NCBI GenBank assembly: GCA_044342075.1
Contig: JBIIQM010000005.1
Coordinates: 1 to 59,500, forward strand
Length of the DNA stretch: 59,500 nucleotides
Reading direction: 5' to 3'
DNA from: Pirellulales bacterium
GTDB taxonomy: Bacteria > Planctomycetota > Planctomycetia > Pirellulales > UBA1268
How positions within the stretch are numbered: position 1 is the stretch's first letter; each line of letters opens with the position of its first letter. Positions 10,076-21,472 of the stretch are shown here, piece after piece. Both the position numbers and the translations under genes were made by a program. The notes under the pieces were generated by a model. That model did not search any database. It was not told the DNA's origin and saw only the letters and a list, made by a program, of their open reading frames with translations.

Positions 10076-10159
10076 ATGGTCGGCCCCTTCCGCTATGGTG
10101 GGTTCTTCGGATCAAGTCTTTTGAACATCGATGCCTTTGGGCACCTGCGGGATTCCATC

Positions 10160-10792
10160 ATGGCCGTTACCGTCCTCGTCGTCGATGACCACGAAGTCAT
10201 CCGCCGCGGCATCGCCAGCATGGTGGAGGGCTCCGACATCCGGCTCGTGGCAGAGGCCGCCGACGGGGAAGAAGCGACGAAGCTGGCCCGCAAGCATAAG
10301 CCCGACGTCGTGCTGCTCGACGTGCGGATGGGCGGCAAGGACGGCCTCGACTCGATTAAGCGGATTCGTTCCGCCGCCCCGAACACCCGCGTGGTGATGC
10401 TGTCCGCATTCGACAACACGACCTACGTCGCCCGGGCCGTGTCGGCCGGCGCCCACGACTACCTGCTCAAGTCGGCCACCCGCAAGGAATTGCTGGAAGC
10501 CCTCTCGGGCGCCGCCAGCGGGGCATCTCCCACGCGGGCCGGCGAGTTCAAGCGCATCGCCGGCGCGATGTCGCAGCGGGAGCCGCCCGCCAACAGCGAC
10601 GTTCCCCTGACCCCGCGGGAGACGCAGGTGCTGCGGCAGATCGCGTTGGGCCTCTCCAACAAGGAAATTGGCGAATCGCTCGAGATCAGCGTCGAGACGG
10701 TGAAGGAGCACGTGCAAAATCTGCTGCGGAAGATCGCCCTCGAGGATCGCACGCAGGCTGCCGTCTGGGCGATCCGACACGGCCTCGCCTGA
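10160..10792 (+). CDS. NarL/LuxR-family response regulator
   Basis: VVDDHEVIR, VLLDVRM receiver; LTPRETQVL...SNKEIG...VETVKEHV LuxR HTH. Confidence 0.95.
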   Translation: MAVTVLVVDDHEVIRRGIASMVEGSDIRLVAEAADGEEATKLARKHKPDVVLLDVRMGGKDGLDSIKRIRSAAPNTRVVMLSAFDNTTYVARAVSAGAHDYLLKSATRKELLEALSGAASGASPTRAGEFKRIAGAMSQREPPANSDVPLTPRETQVLRQIALGLSNKEIGESLEISVETVKEHVQNLLRKIALEDRTQAAVWAIRHGLA

Positions 10793-10828
10793 TCGCCCCA
10801 CCGAAGCCCACGAACCGAACCCCCTTCG

Positions 10829-11284
10829 ATGCCCATCTTTGACTACTCGTTCACCGTCCCTGCCCCGCTGCAGGCCGTCCGCGATTTTCATCACGACACC
10901 AGCGCCCTGAAGCGGCTCACACCCCCGCCGACAATCGTGCAGCTGCATTCGATCGAGCCGCTCGGCGAGGGCTCCGTCTCCCAGTTCACGCTCTGGGTGG
11001 GCCCGTTGCCGCTGCGCTGGACCGCGGTGCACCGCAATGTTTCCCCTTCCGGCTTCACCGACATCCAGGCGGAGGGACCGGCCGCCAAGTGGGAGCACAC
11101 CCACACGTTCACCGCCGTCTCGCCGACGGTCACGCGCATCGACGAGCACATCGAATACGAGCACAAGCGCGGGCTCTGGGGGCTCGTGACACGGCTCCTC
11201 TTCTCGAAGCCGAACCTCTATTTCATGTTCACGTTTCGCAAACTCGCCACCCGCTGGCACCTGCGAAACGCTCGTGCCGCCTAA
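10829..11284 (+). CDS. SRPBCC-family protein
   Basis: FTDIQAEGPAAKWEHTHTF and RIDEHIEYE patterns typical of this SRPBCC subgroup. Confidence 0.8.
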   Translation: MPIFDYSFTVPAPLQAVRDFHHDTSALKRLTPPPTIVQLHSIEPLGEGSVSQFTLWVGPLPLRWTAVHRNVSPSGFTDIQAEGPAAKWEHTHTFTAVSPTVTRIDEHIEYEHKRGLWGLVTRLLFSKPNLYFMFTFRKLATRWHLRNARAA

Positions 11285-12078
11285 TAGCGGATGCCGGCGC
11301 CGACGTTCGAGAAGAAATTCGCCGATGTGTCGTTCAGCCCCCAGCCGAACCGCACGCCCACCTCGACGTCGCGCGTGAGCAAGACGTGGCCGCCGAAACT
11401 CGCGAATTGCGAGTCGATCGGCTTCTCTTTGCCCGAAGAGAGAATCCCAAAGTACTCGGCATGCACGTTCCACCGTTCGCCGACCGGAATCTTCAGCACG
11501 GTCGAGGGCGCCCACTGGTTGAAGGCGTCGCCCTCGTCATACCCGGTGCCGTAGCGCATGGCCGTGTCCCAGACCCAGCCGTTGGGCAGCGTCCAACCGA
11601 AGGCCTCGCCGACCACCATCGTCGAAGCGGTCGAGGGACCGTAGGTCGGCGTGTAGCCTTGGAGGATCGCCGCCGACGATGGAATCCAGCCGTCCTGTTC
11701 CGATGATTTCACCTTCATGCCGTAAAGCACCCGGCTCTCGGTCTCGGCCACGATATCCTCGCCGCCGACTTCACTGCCCGACACAGTGCCTGGCCCCCCC
11801 GCCTCGTAGTTGTAGCCGAACCGCAACTCGAAACGGTCGCCGATGCCGCGTCGCACGAGCAGCTCCGGCAGGCTGTGCGCCTCCGGTCCGAGCCGGTTGT
11901 CGATGAACGAATACGAGGCCTCGAGGATCGAGCGCCCCGCGCCGGCGGTGGTCGTCGCAAACGTGAACGAATCCCGATCGGTCTCGATTTCGTCAGGCTC
12001 GTCCACGGACTGCCCACGGGCCGGCATCGGGCCGAAACCGGCCAACACGAGCGCAAAGACGGGAAGCCACGGCCGCAT
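11281..12078 (-). CDS. Outer-membrane beta-barrel (Phenol_MetA_deg / transporter-like)
   Basis: Signal peptide, IETDRDSFT motif, alternating beta-strands, C-terminal GAGIRY. Confidence 0.75.
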   Translation of the reverse strand: MRPWLPVFALVLAGFGPMPARGQSVDEPDEIETDRDSFTFATTTAGAGRSILEASYSFIDNRLGPEAHSLPELLVRRGIGDRFELRFGYNYEAGGPGTVSGSEVGGEDIVAETESRVLYGMKVKSSEQDGWIPSSAAILQGYTPTYGPSTASTMVVGEAFGWTLPNGWVWDTAMRYGTGYDEGDAFNQWAPSTVLKIPVGERWNVHAEYFGILSSGKEKPIDSQFASFGGHVLLTRDVEVGVRFGWGLNDTSANFFSNVGAGIRY

Positions 12079-12388
12079 GCGGCCGTGGATCGACCCGCGG
12101 CGCAAACCTGCTTGAGGATTTGCGGGCTTGCTGGGGACACAAAAACACCCGCGCCCCCCCAGTGTCCGGCAGCGCCTTGGCAAGGCGGGGGGCTCGGGCG
12201 CAGTGGATCGCCTGAGTGATTTGCCGGTGATGCATCCGTAGCCGCTCGCCGACAGTGAGCCGGCCGGCCCGTTCCGCCGATGCTACCTGCCAACCAGGGG
12301 CTGAATGTGCCCCTCGACCAGGACGGGGGATTGGAACCGGGGGGCAGCGATGCAAGGCGGCAGGCGGTCACGGGGCGCGGTTGGTCAC

Positions 12389-13696
12389 ATGTCTGGGAAT
12401 CTGCTCGTGCTTGCGGGGCTCGCGTTCGCGGCGCCGGCGGCCGCGCAGGAAGAGCCTTTCGTCGGCCAGCCCAGCAGCGTCGGCTCGTTCGAGGCTCGCG
12501 ATCCGGTCCTCGCCGACGAGGTGATGACCGGCGTGATCCCGTCGGGGCAGGATTGGTATCTGTTTGGCGAGCCGACGCGCGGCGGCGTCTACGGCTGGCT
12601 CGAAGGCGGCTTCATCGGCAACTTCGCCAACCCCGGCAGCAAGTTCAACGGCCCCTACAACGCCGTCGACCGTGCCAACGAGCCGATGATGAACCAGGTC
12701 TACTTCATCGGCGAGCGTCTGCTCCCCACCGACGGCTCGGTGGGCGTGGGCGGCCGGGCCGACCTGCTCTACGGCGAGGATTTCCCGCTCGCCACGTCGC
12801 TCGGCTGGGAAGACACGCTCAGCGGCCAAAACCAGTGGAACAGCGGTGAATACTACGGCCTCGCGATGCCGCAGCTCTACGGCGAGGTGGGCAACCAGGA
12901 TCTCTCGGTGAAGCTCGGCCACTTCTACACGATCGTGGGCTACGAGGGCGTGCCGGCCGTCGGCAACTTCTTCTACACGAAGTCCTACAGCTACATGTTC
13001 GCCGGTCCGTTCACCCACTGGGGCGGCCTCGCCACCTGGCGGGCCACCGACAACCTGGAACTCAACGGCGGACTCGTGAACGGCTGGAACGGTCTCGCCT
13101 CACCCTACAGCAAGGCAAACTTCCTCGGCCGCGCCCGCGTGAAGAACGACGACAACTCGCTCGCCAGCACGTTTGCGATCGTCACGGGCGACGAGGGCAA
13201 CGACTTCTCGCCGCTCTACCAGCCGGCGCCGGTGCTCGAGTCGGCCAACCGCACCCGCTACAGCCTGCTCTTCGAGGTGCGGCCGAACGACCGCTGGGAA
13301 TACGTCTTCCACCAGTGGCTCGGCACGCAGGCGCAGGGGCTCGCCAACGGCGGCACGGCGCTTTGGACCGGCATCGACCAGTATCTCTACTGGGCCGCCA
13401 GCGACACCTGGAAGTGGGGCGCCCGCTTCGAGTGGTTCCAAGACACCGACGGCACCCGCGTGGGGCTCAACCGTCCGAGCAACCCCAACCATGTGCCGCT
13501 GCCGGGCAACTATTATTCGCTCACGCTCGGCGCGAACTGGGTGCCGACCGGCAACTTCCTGATGCGGCCCGCCTTTCGCTGGGACTTCTACGGCGGCCCG
13601 CAGGGTGGCCCGCCCTCCGGCCCGCGGCTGCCTTACAACGACGGCGCGAGCTGGAATCAGACCATGCTCGGCTTCGACGCGATCCAGAAGTTTTAG
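12389..13696 (+). CDS. Outer-membrane beta-barrel porin, BBP2 family
   Basis: Signal peptide; NQVY, DLLYGED, PQLYGE, KLGHFYTIVGYE, PFTHWG, RFEWFQD motifs; C-terminal aromatic residue. Confidence 0.85.
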   Translation: MSGNLLVLAGLAFAAPAAAQEEPFVGQPSSVGSFEARDPVLADEVMTGVIPSGQDWYLFGEPTRGGVYGWLEGGFIGNFANPGSKFNGPYNAVDRANEPMMNQVYFIGERLLPTDGSVGVGGRADLLYGEDFPLATSLGWEDTLSGQNQWNSGEYYGLAMPQLYGEVGNQDLSVKLGHFYTIVGYEGVPAVGNFFYTKSYSYMFAGPFTHWGGLATWRATDNLELNGGLVNGWNGLASPYSKANFLGRARVKNDDNSLASTFAIVTGDEGNDFSPLYQPAPVLESANRTRYSLLFEVRPNDRWEYVFHQWLGTQAQGLANGGTALWTGIDQYLYWAASDTWKWGARFEWFQDTDGTRVGLNRPSNPNHVPLPGNYYSLTLGANWVPTGNFLMRPAFRWDFYGGPQGGPPSGPRLPYNDGASWNQTMLGFDAIQKF

Positions 13697-13713
13697 CGTC
13701 GCGCCGGACTAAC

Positions 13714-13787
13714 TGCCTCGTCTTGGACTCGAACCAAGAACCCTCTGATTAAGAGTCAGATGCTCTGACCAATTGAGCTAACGAGGC
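13714..13787 (-). tRNA. tRNA-Lys (CTT), CCA not encoded
   Basis: Reverse complement folds as a cloverleaf: acceptor GCCTCGT/ACGAGGC, anticodon loop CTCTTAA, T-loop GGTTCGAGTCC. Confidence 0.97.
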
Positions 13788-13950
13788 GACGCACGTTTTG
13801 TAACCCGCGGCGGGCCGCTCGGCAAGGGCCGCGGCCGGCGCCGAGCGGCCGCGTTGAGGGTTTTCGTCCGGGCCGGTACATTTCCGCGTTCCCGGACAAG
13901 GGCAGGCTCGCAAGGCCTCCGCCCACTCACCAGACAACGGAGGTTTCAAG

Positions 13951-14775
13951 ATGGGCAGGTTTGACGGAATGAAGGGTCTCGTGCTCGGCGTGGCGAACGA
14001 CCACTCGATCGCCTGGTACATCGCCAAGGAGATGCTCTCCGAGGGTGCGCAGATCGGCTTCTCCCACCTGCCCGACAAGCCCGATGACGAGCGGCAGCGC
14101 AACCGCCGCCGCGTCGCCTTGCTCACCGACTCGGAGCCAAACGCCAAGTTCCTGGTACCGATGGACGTTTCGAGCGACGACCAGATCGCGGCGGTGATGG
14201 ATCGCGCAAAGCAGGAGTTCGGCACGATCGACTTCCTCGTCCACTCGATCGCCTATGCCCCGATGGAAGACCTCAAGGGGGAGACGACCGACTGCAGCCG
14301 CGAGGGCTTCCGGATCGCGATGGAGACGAGCGCCTACAGCCTGCTGGCCGTCGGCCGGCTCGCCCGCAAGATCCTCGCCAAGGATGCCTCGATCCTCACG
14401 CTGACCTATTTCGGCGGTGAAAAGGTCGTGCCCGGCTACAACATCATGGGCGTCTGCAAGGCCACCCTCGATGCCTGCGTGAAATACATGGCCTACGACC
14501 TCGGCCCGGCCGGCGTGCGGGTCAACGCCATCAGCGCCGGTCCGCTGCGGACGCTCGCCGGCCGCGGTGCAGGCGTGGAAGAGATGCTCGATCTCTACCA
14601 GCACATGTCGCCCATGGGCCGCAACATCACCCACGAAGAGGTCGGCAAGACCGGCGCCTTCCTGCTCTCCAAAGACTCGGGCGGCATCACCGGCGAGATC
14701 CTCCACGTCGATGCCGGCTACAACGTGATGGGCTCGCCCGGACGCCTCCTCGACCTCGTGCAGAAGCCGCAGTAG
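13951..14775 (+). CDS. fabI: Enoyl-ACP reductase FabI
   Basis: GVANDHSIAW, DFLVHSIAYA, YNIMGVCKATL, VRVNAISAGP, HVDAGY. Confidence 0.95.
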   Translation: MGRFDGMKGLVLGVANDHSIAWYIAKEMLSEGAQIGFSHLPDKPDDERQRNRRRVALLTDSEPNAKFLVPMDVSSDDQIAAVMDRAKQEFGTIDFLVHSIAYAPMEDLKGETTDCSREGFRIAMETSAYSLLAVGRLARKILAKDASILTLTYFGGEKVVPGYNIMGVCKATLDACVKYMAYDLGPAGVRVNAISAGPLRTLAGRGAGVEEMLDLYQHMSPMGRNITHEEVGKTGAFLLSKDSGGITGEILHVDAGYNVMGSPGRLLDLVQKPQ

Positions 14776-14794
14776 GCACGCGCTGCCCGAGCCG

Positions 14795-15193
14795 ATGACC
14801 AAAGCGATCCGCACGATCGCCGTCGCCGTGGTGGTGCACGATGGCCGTGTGCTCGTGGGCAGACGGCCGCCCGATGCCGCCGAGGCGCCGGGGCTCGACG
14901 AGTTTCCCGGCGGCAAGGTGGAGGCGCACGAGACCTCGGCGGAGGCCGCGGCCCGCGAGTGCCTCGAGGAGGCGGGCATCGCGATCGACGTCGGCAGCCG
15001 CTCGTTCAGTGCCGTCTCGACGCAGACGCACCCACACCTGCTCGTGATCTTCCATTGGGCGACGCCCGTCGACCCGGCGGCGGCGCCCAGGCCACCATTC
15101 GAGTGGATCCCGCTCGCGCAGCTGCCGAAGCTCGAGTTTCCGGCGGCGAATGCGGCGGTCGTCGCGATGCTCCTCGAGGGTCAGGGTGGATAG
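14795..15193 (+). CDS. NUDIX hydrolase (MutT-like)
   Basis: Nudix box FPGGKVEAHETSAEAAARECLEEAG; FPAAN tail. Confidence 0.9.
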   Translation: MTKAIRTIAVAVVVHDGRVLVGRRPPDAAEAPGLDEFPGGKVEAHETSAEAAARECLEEAGIAIDVGSRSFSAVSTQTHPHLLVIFHWATPVDPAAAPRPPFEWIPLAQLPKLEFPAANAAVVAMLLEGQGG

Positions 15194-15196
15194 TCA

Positions 15197-15445
15197 TCAG
15201 GGCGGATCGTAGCCGCCCGGGTGCCAGGGATGGCAGCGGCAGATCCGGGCGATGCCCTTGATCGCGCCGCGCAGGGCGCCATGTTTCTCGACGGCCTGCC
15301 GGAAGTAAGCGCTGCAGGTCGGCTGAAAGCGACAGTGGCGGCCGAGCAGCGGGCTGAGCGTCGCCTTGTAGATGATGACGAGGCCGACGAGCACCGCGGA
15401 GGCGGCGCGGTCGCACGCCCGAGCGCAGCGTCCGAAGAGCGTCAT
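15197..15445 (-). CDS. yidD: Membrane protein insertion efficiency factor YidD
   Basis: CRFQPTCSAY...ARICRCHPWHPGGYDP. Confidence 0.95.
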   Translation of the reverse strand: MTLFGRCARACDRAASAVLVGLVIIYKATLSPLLGRHCRFQPTCSAYFRQAVEKHGALRGAIKGIARICRCHPWHPGGYDPP

Positions 15446-15825
15446 TTTCTTTCACCGCCGTAGCCGGGCCGGCCCACCACCCGCTTCGCCAGCGCCACGA
15501 GATTCTCCTCGACCGCCCGGGCGCCCGCCGCGCCGACGGGCACCGTGGACGACCGCACGACGACCACGAAATCATTGCCCGGGGGCAGCCGATCGCGTAT
15601 CTCGCGAAACGCCTCGCGCAGCCGGCGCTTCCAGCGATTGCGCACGACGGCCGAACCGATCCGCCTCGAGACCGAAGTCCCGAGCCGCACGGCATCGCCT
15701 GCGCCGGGCCGCGCGTAGAGGACGAGGCCTGCCGCCGCGGCGCTGCGGCGATGCTCGTAGACCCGCGCAAACTCCGCCGGCGAGTGGAGCCGCGCCGACC
15801 CGGGAAACTTTTGGTTGGACGCCAT
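15442..15825 (-). CDS. rnpA: Ribonuclease P protein component
   Basis: RLHSPAEF, RLGTSVSRRIGSAVVRNRWKRRLRE (RNR motif); ATG at 15825 overlaps the upstream TGA. Confidence 0.93.
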   Translation of the reverse strand: MASNQKFPGSARLHSPAEFARVYEHRRSAAAAGLVLYARPGAGDAVRLGTSVSRRIGSAVVRNRWKRRLREAFREIRDRLPPGNDFVVVVRSSTVPVGAAGARAVEENLVALAKRVVGRPGYGGERK

Positions 15826-16781
15826 CACCATCGCAACTGGCCGCGCGGGCCGGGCCCACCCGCGGCCTCGGCGGCCTTCGCGGCCTCGAGCAGCCTGTCG
15901 AGCGCCGCGGCGTCGGCCTGATCGGGGAGCACGATCTGCACTTCGGCGATGAGATCGCCCTTCGCGCCATTCGCGTGCCGCACGCCCATGCCCGCAGCCC
16001 GCAGCTTCCGGCCGCCCGATGTCTTCGGCGGCACCTTGAGCGCGATCGTGCCCCATGGCGTGGGGACGTCGACCTTCGCCCCGAGGATCGCCTCCGCCAC
16101 GCTCACCGGCAGCGTGAGCTCCAGCGTGTCGCCATCGCGGCGGAAGACGGGATGCGGCTCGACCTTCACCTCCAGGAGCAGGTCGCCCGCCGGTCCGCCG
16201 CCCGTGCCTGGCAGCCCCTGGCCGCGCAGCCGCATCCGGGCACCGTCGGGCAGCCCCTGCGGAATCGTCACGCTGATCGTCTCGGTCTTGCCGTCGCGGT
16301 CGACCCGCACGTCGGTCTTGCCGCCATCGATCGCGAGCTTGAAGGGAATGTCGATCCGCGCGGTGACGTCCTCCCCCGGCGCCTGCGCCGGTCGGCGCCG
16401 GCCACGGGCCTTGGTGCCGCCGCGGCCGAAGATGTCGCCGAAGCCACCGCCGCCGCCGAAGAGGCTTTCGAGATCGATCTCGCCCCCCCCCGGAAAGCCG
16501 CCGCCGGGGAACGGGCCGCGGCCTCCGCCCCAGCCGCCACCGGGGCCGCCAGCGCCCACGCCCTCGAACGAGCTGCCGTAGCGGTCATACATCTCCCGCT
16601 TGCTCTGGTCGTTGAGCACGTCGAAGGCGGTCTGCACCTTCTTGAACTTCTCCTTCGCGGACTCGTCGTCCGGATGAAGATCGGGGTGATACTTGCGGGC
16701 GAGCTCGCGATAGGCCTTGCGGATATCTTCGGCGGAAGCCGTGCGCGGCACGCCGAGCGTCTGGTAATAGTCCTCCGCCAT
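15825..16781 (-). CDS. cbpA: DnaJ-class chaperone without Zn finger (CbpA-like)
   Basis: J domain with HPD, G/F-rich linker, DnaJ C-terminal domain (GDLLLEV, GDLIAEV), no CxxCxGxG repeats. Confidence 0.88.
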   Translation of the reverse strand: MAEDYYQTLGVPRTASAEDIRKAYRELARKYHPDLHPDDESAKEKFKKVQTAFDVLNDQSKREMYDRYGSSFEGVGAGGPGGGWGGGRGPFPGGGFPGGGEIDLESLFGGGGGFGDIFGRGGTKARGRRRPAQAPGEDVTARIDIPFKLAIDGGKTDVRVDRDGKTETISVTIPQGLPDGARMRLRGQGLPGTGGGPAGDLLLEVKVEPHPVFRRDGDTLELTLPVSVAEAILGAKVDVPTPWGTIALKVPPKTSGGRKLRAAGMGVRHANGAKGDLIAEVQIVLPDQADAAALDRLLEAAKAAEAAGGPGPRGQLRW

Positions 16782-16849
16782 GAAACCTGCCTTGGAACTG
16801 GAGCGGCCCGGGCAACTGCGGCGATTCTAGAAAGGATTCGGCGGTCGCT

Positions 16850-16887
16850 TCAAGCGGAGGCGCTCACGTCAAGCGGAGGCGCTCACG

Positions 16888-16893
<6 letters not shown>
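16850..16893. repeat. 19-bp tandem duplication at the ppk1 stop codon
   Basis: TCAAGCGGAGGCGCTCACG at 16850-16868 and 16869-16887, followed by TCAAGC. Confidence 0.9.
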
Positions 16894-19038
<2,145 letters not shown>

Positions 19039-19240
19039 GCTGTCGTGTGGAACGAGTGCGGTGTAAGGTGGGGTAAGGCAATCGCGGAATAACCAAGTCT
19101 ACCCCTGCCGCACGCCCGCCAGCAGCCCGGAGCCCGGAACCACACGGGAAACTCGCATCCGAGACCGCACCGCCGCTGCAATCGTTGCTTCCGGAACACC
19201 AGCCGCGGCCGCGCGGTGGGGACGCGGCCGATCCGCCGCG

Positions 19241-20083
19241 CTCGCCTGCCGGCTCGAGGCCACGGCGGCGAAGGTGGGCAACGTGCATCCAGCCGCCGCC
19301 TTCGCCGACCTCTCGCACGAGGAACTCGTCGCGGCAGGCGAGGCGATCGCGGCTCCGCTCGACCTCGCGGCCACCCGGCCGCTCGGCCGCACGATCCTCG
19401 ACGCCGTCACGGCGTCGCGCCGCGTGACGCGGTCGAACGCGAATCTCGGCATCGTGCTCGCGATCGCGCCGCTCGCCGCCGTGCCCGATGGTGCCACACT
19501 CTCCCCCGCCGCTGCGGCCGCCGTCCTCGCCGCCACCACGCCCGACGATGCCCGCGACGTCTACGCGGCCATCGCGCTGGCCAATCCCGGCGGCATGGGC
19601 CGGCGCGACGAGTGGGACATCGCCGGCCCCGCGCCGCAAAGGCTGCTCGACGCGATGCGCGCCGCGGCCGACCGCGACCAGATCGCGCGGCTCTGGGCGC
19701 AGGGCTACGAACCCCTTTTCGCCGGCCCCGTGGCCGACATCGCCGCCGAGATCGAACGCGGCCTTTCACTCGGCGCGGCGATCGAGCGCAGCCACCTTAT
19801 GCAGCTCGCCCGCGACCCCGACACGCTGATCGCACGGAAGCACGGCATTGCCGCTGCCAACGACATCTCGGCCCGCGCGGCAGCCGTCCTCGCCGCCGGT
19901 GCCGACTGGCCCGCGGGAGCGGCCGACCTCGACCGATTCCTGCGGGCGCAAAGGATGAACCCAGGCACGACCGCCGACCTCGTCGCGGCGGCGCTGTACA
20001 TTCTCCTCGTCACCGGAAACCTCGGTGGCCTCCTCGGCGACTCGCCCACGATCGACTCCACCCTCCGGCACGACCAACCATGA
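19241..20083 (+). CDS. citG: CitG-like triphosphoribosyl-dephospho-CoA synthase family protein (H4MPT/methanofuran cluster type); true start uncertain
   Basis: ACRLEATAAKVGNVHP, SNANLGIVL, NPGTTADLVAA motifs; the family N-terminal motif lies upstream of the first in-frame GTG (19274). Confidence 0.85.
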   Translation, partial: LACRLEATAAKVGNVHPAAAFADLSHEELVAAGEAIAAPLDLAATRPLGRTILDAVTASRRVTRSNANLGIVLAIAPLAAVPDGATLSPAAAAAVLAATTPDDARDVYAAIALANPGGMGRRDEWDIAGPAPQRLLDAMRAAADRDQIARLWAQGYEPLFAGPVADIAAEIERGLSLGAAIERSHLMQLARDPDTLIARKHGIAAANDISARAAAVLAAGADWPAGAADLDRFLRAQRMNPGTTADLVAAALYILLVTGNLGGLLGDSPTIDSTLRHDQP

Positions 20084-20604
20084 ATGAACACTTCCAGGTG
20101 AGGATGCGCAAGGCGGTGCACGTTTTCTGCGCCGGCCACTTCATCACGCTGACCGACGACCTCTGCGAGGCGGTTCACGGTCACAACTGGACGGTGGGCG
20201 CCGACGTCGAAGGTCCGCCCGACAGCCACGGCATGGTGGTGGACTTCATCAAGCTCCGCGACCTGCTCTCCGCGATCACCGCGCGTCTCGACCACCACAT
20301 GCTCCTGCCCACGAAGAACCGGTTCCTCGCGGTCGAGCACACACCGGCGGCGGCCGGCCGTGCGGCCGAGGTGACGGTGCGGTTTAAGGATCACCACGGG
20401 GATCGCCGCTGGGTCTTCCCCGCCGACGAATGCGTGCTCCTGCCGGTCGAAAACACGACAGCCGAATGGATCGCCCGCTGGATCGGCCACGAACTGCTCG
20501 CGGCAATGGCGGCGGCCGGCAGCCCGGTCACCGGATCCTTGCGGATCGAAGTCGACGAATGCCTCGGCCAATCAGCCGTCTGGGAGCGTCGCCCTGTAGG
20601 GTAG
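20080..20604 (+). CDS. queD: 6-pyruvoyl-tetrahydropterin synthase family (QueD/COG0720), CExxHGH type
   Basis: FCAGHF, CEAVHGHNW, DF..L, LDH, NTTAEWIA; ATGA overlap with citG stop. Confidence 0.88.
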   Translation: MNEHFQVRMRKAVHVFCAGHFITLTDDLCEAVHGHNWTVGADVEGPPDSHGMVVDFIKLRDLLSAITARLDHHMLLPTKNRFLAVEHTPAAAGRAAEVTVRFKDHHGDRRWVFPADECVLLPVENTTAEWIARWIGHELLAAMAAAGSPVTGSLRIEVDECLGQSAVWERRPVG

Positions 20605-20640
20605 GCTTCAGCCTGCCACTGAATCAGCTTCAGCCTGTCT
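20596..20640. repeat. GTAG-type REP, copy 2
   Basis: GTAG-GGTAGGCT-TC-AGCCTGCC at 20596-20617 plus partial second unit AGCTTCAGCCTGTC. Confidence 0.8.
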
Positions 20641-20690
20641 TGCCCGTACGCGCCCAAACCGGCTCCGGCGATTCGACGCGATTCAGTCCG

Positions 20691-21362
20691 TCAGGCCTCG
20701 GCGACGACGAGCTTCCCGGCCGCTTCGATCGCCAGCGACAAGACGCGCTTGCTCACGCGCACCCGCATCAGCCCCGCGCCGTCGGGATTCCGCTCCACCT
20801 CGCCGACGGCGCCGAGCACGAGGCCGGAGTCGGTGAGGTAGCGCAGAAAACCGGCCGACTGGTCGAGCACGCGGGTGAGCCGGAATGCCGTTCCGGCTTC
20901 GCATTCGGCGAGCGAACGGGCGGGCTCCTCCTTGGGCGGCTGGAGCGATTCGCCCTCGCCGCGCGGGATCGGATCGCCGTGGGGATCGACGTCGGGATGA
21001 CCGAGGAAGGCGTCGATCCGGTCCACGAGCAGGTCGCTCACGGCATGCTCCATGTGCTCCGCCTCGTCGTGCACCTCATCCCAGCTCATGTCGAGCGTGC
21101 GCAGGAGAAAGAGCTCGATGAGACGGTGGCGGCGGATCATGCGCAGTGCCAAAACGCGGCCGGCCCGCGTGAGCGCCACGCCCTCGTAGGGGCGGTGGGT
21201 CGCGAGCCGGGCGGCATCGAGCGTCTTGAGCATGCTCGTGACGGTGCCGGGAGAGACGTCGAGCGCCGCCGCCAATTGCCCGGTGGTGGCGGCGCGGCCT
21301 TCTTGCGACGACACGATCTGGTAGATCGTCTTCACATAATTTTCGACGGTCAGGCTGGGCAC
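20691..21362 (-). CDS. mntR: DtxR/MntR metal-dependent repressor with FeoA-like C-terminal domain
   Basis: TVENYVKTIY, RRHRLIELFL, EVHDEAEHMEH, DPHGDPIP. Confidence 0.93.
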   Translation of the reverse strand: MPSLTVENYVKTIYQIVSSQEGRAATTGQLAAALDVSPGTVTSMLKTLDAARLATHRPYEGVALTRAGRVLALRMIRRHRLIELFLLRTLDMSWDEVHDEAEHMEHAVSDLLVDRIDAFLGHPDVDPHGDPIPRGEGESLQPPKEEPARSLAECEAGTAFRLTRVLDQSAGFLRYLTDSGLVLGAVGEVERNPDGAGLMRVRVSKRVLSLAIEAAGKLVVAEA

Positions 21363-21472
21363 GGTGGCACCGGGCTACGTGGGCGGAATGCTTTGCTGAT
21401 GGGACGGCAGCGGCGGGGATTGCTGCACTGCCGGTTTGGATCCATTATGTCCTCCACCCGGGGTGCTCCGCC

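Noticed and set aside
13714-13787. tRNA-Lys as an integration site
   Set aside because: No integrase, att repeat or composition shift next to it
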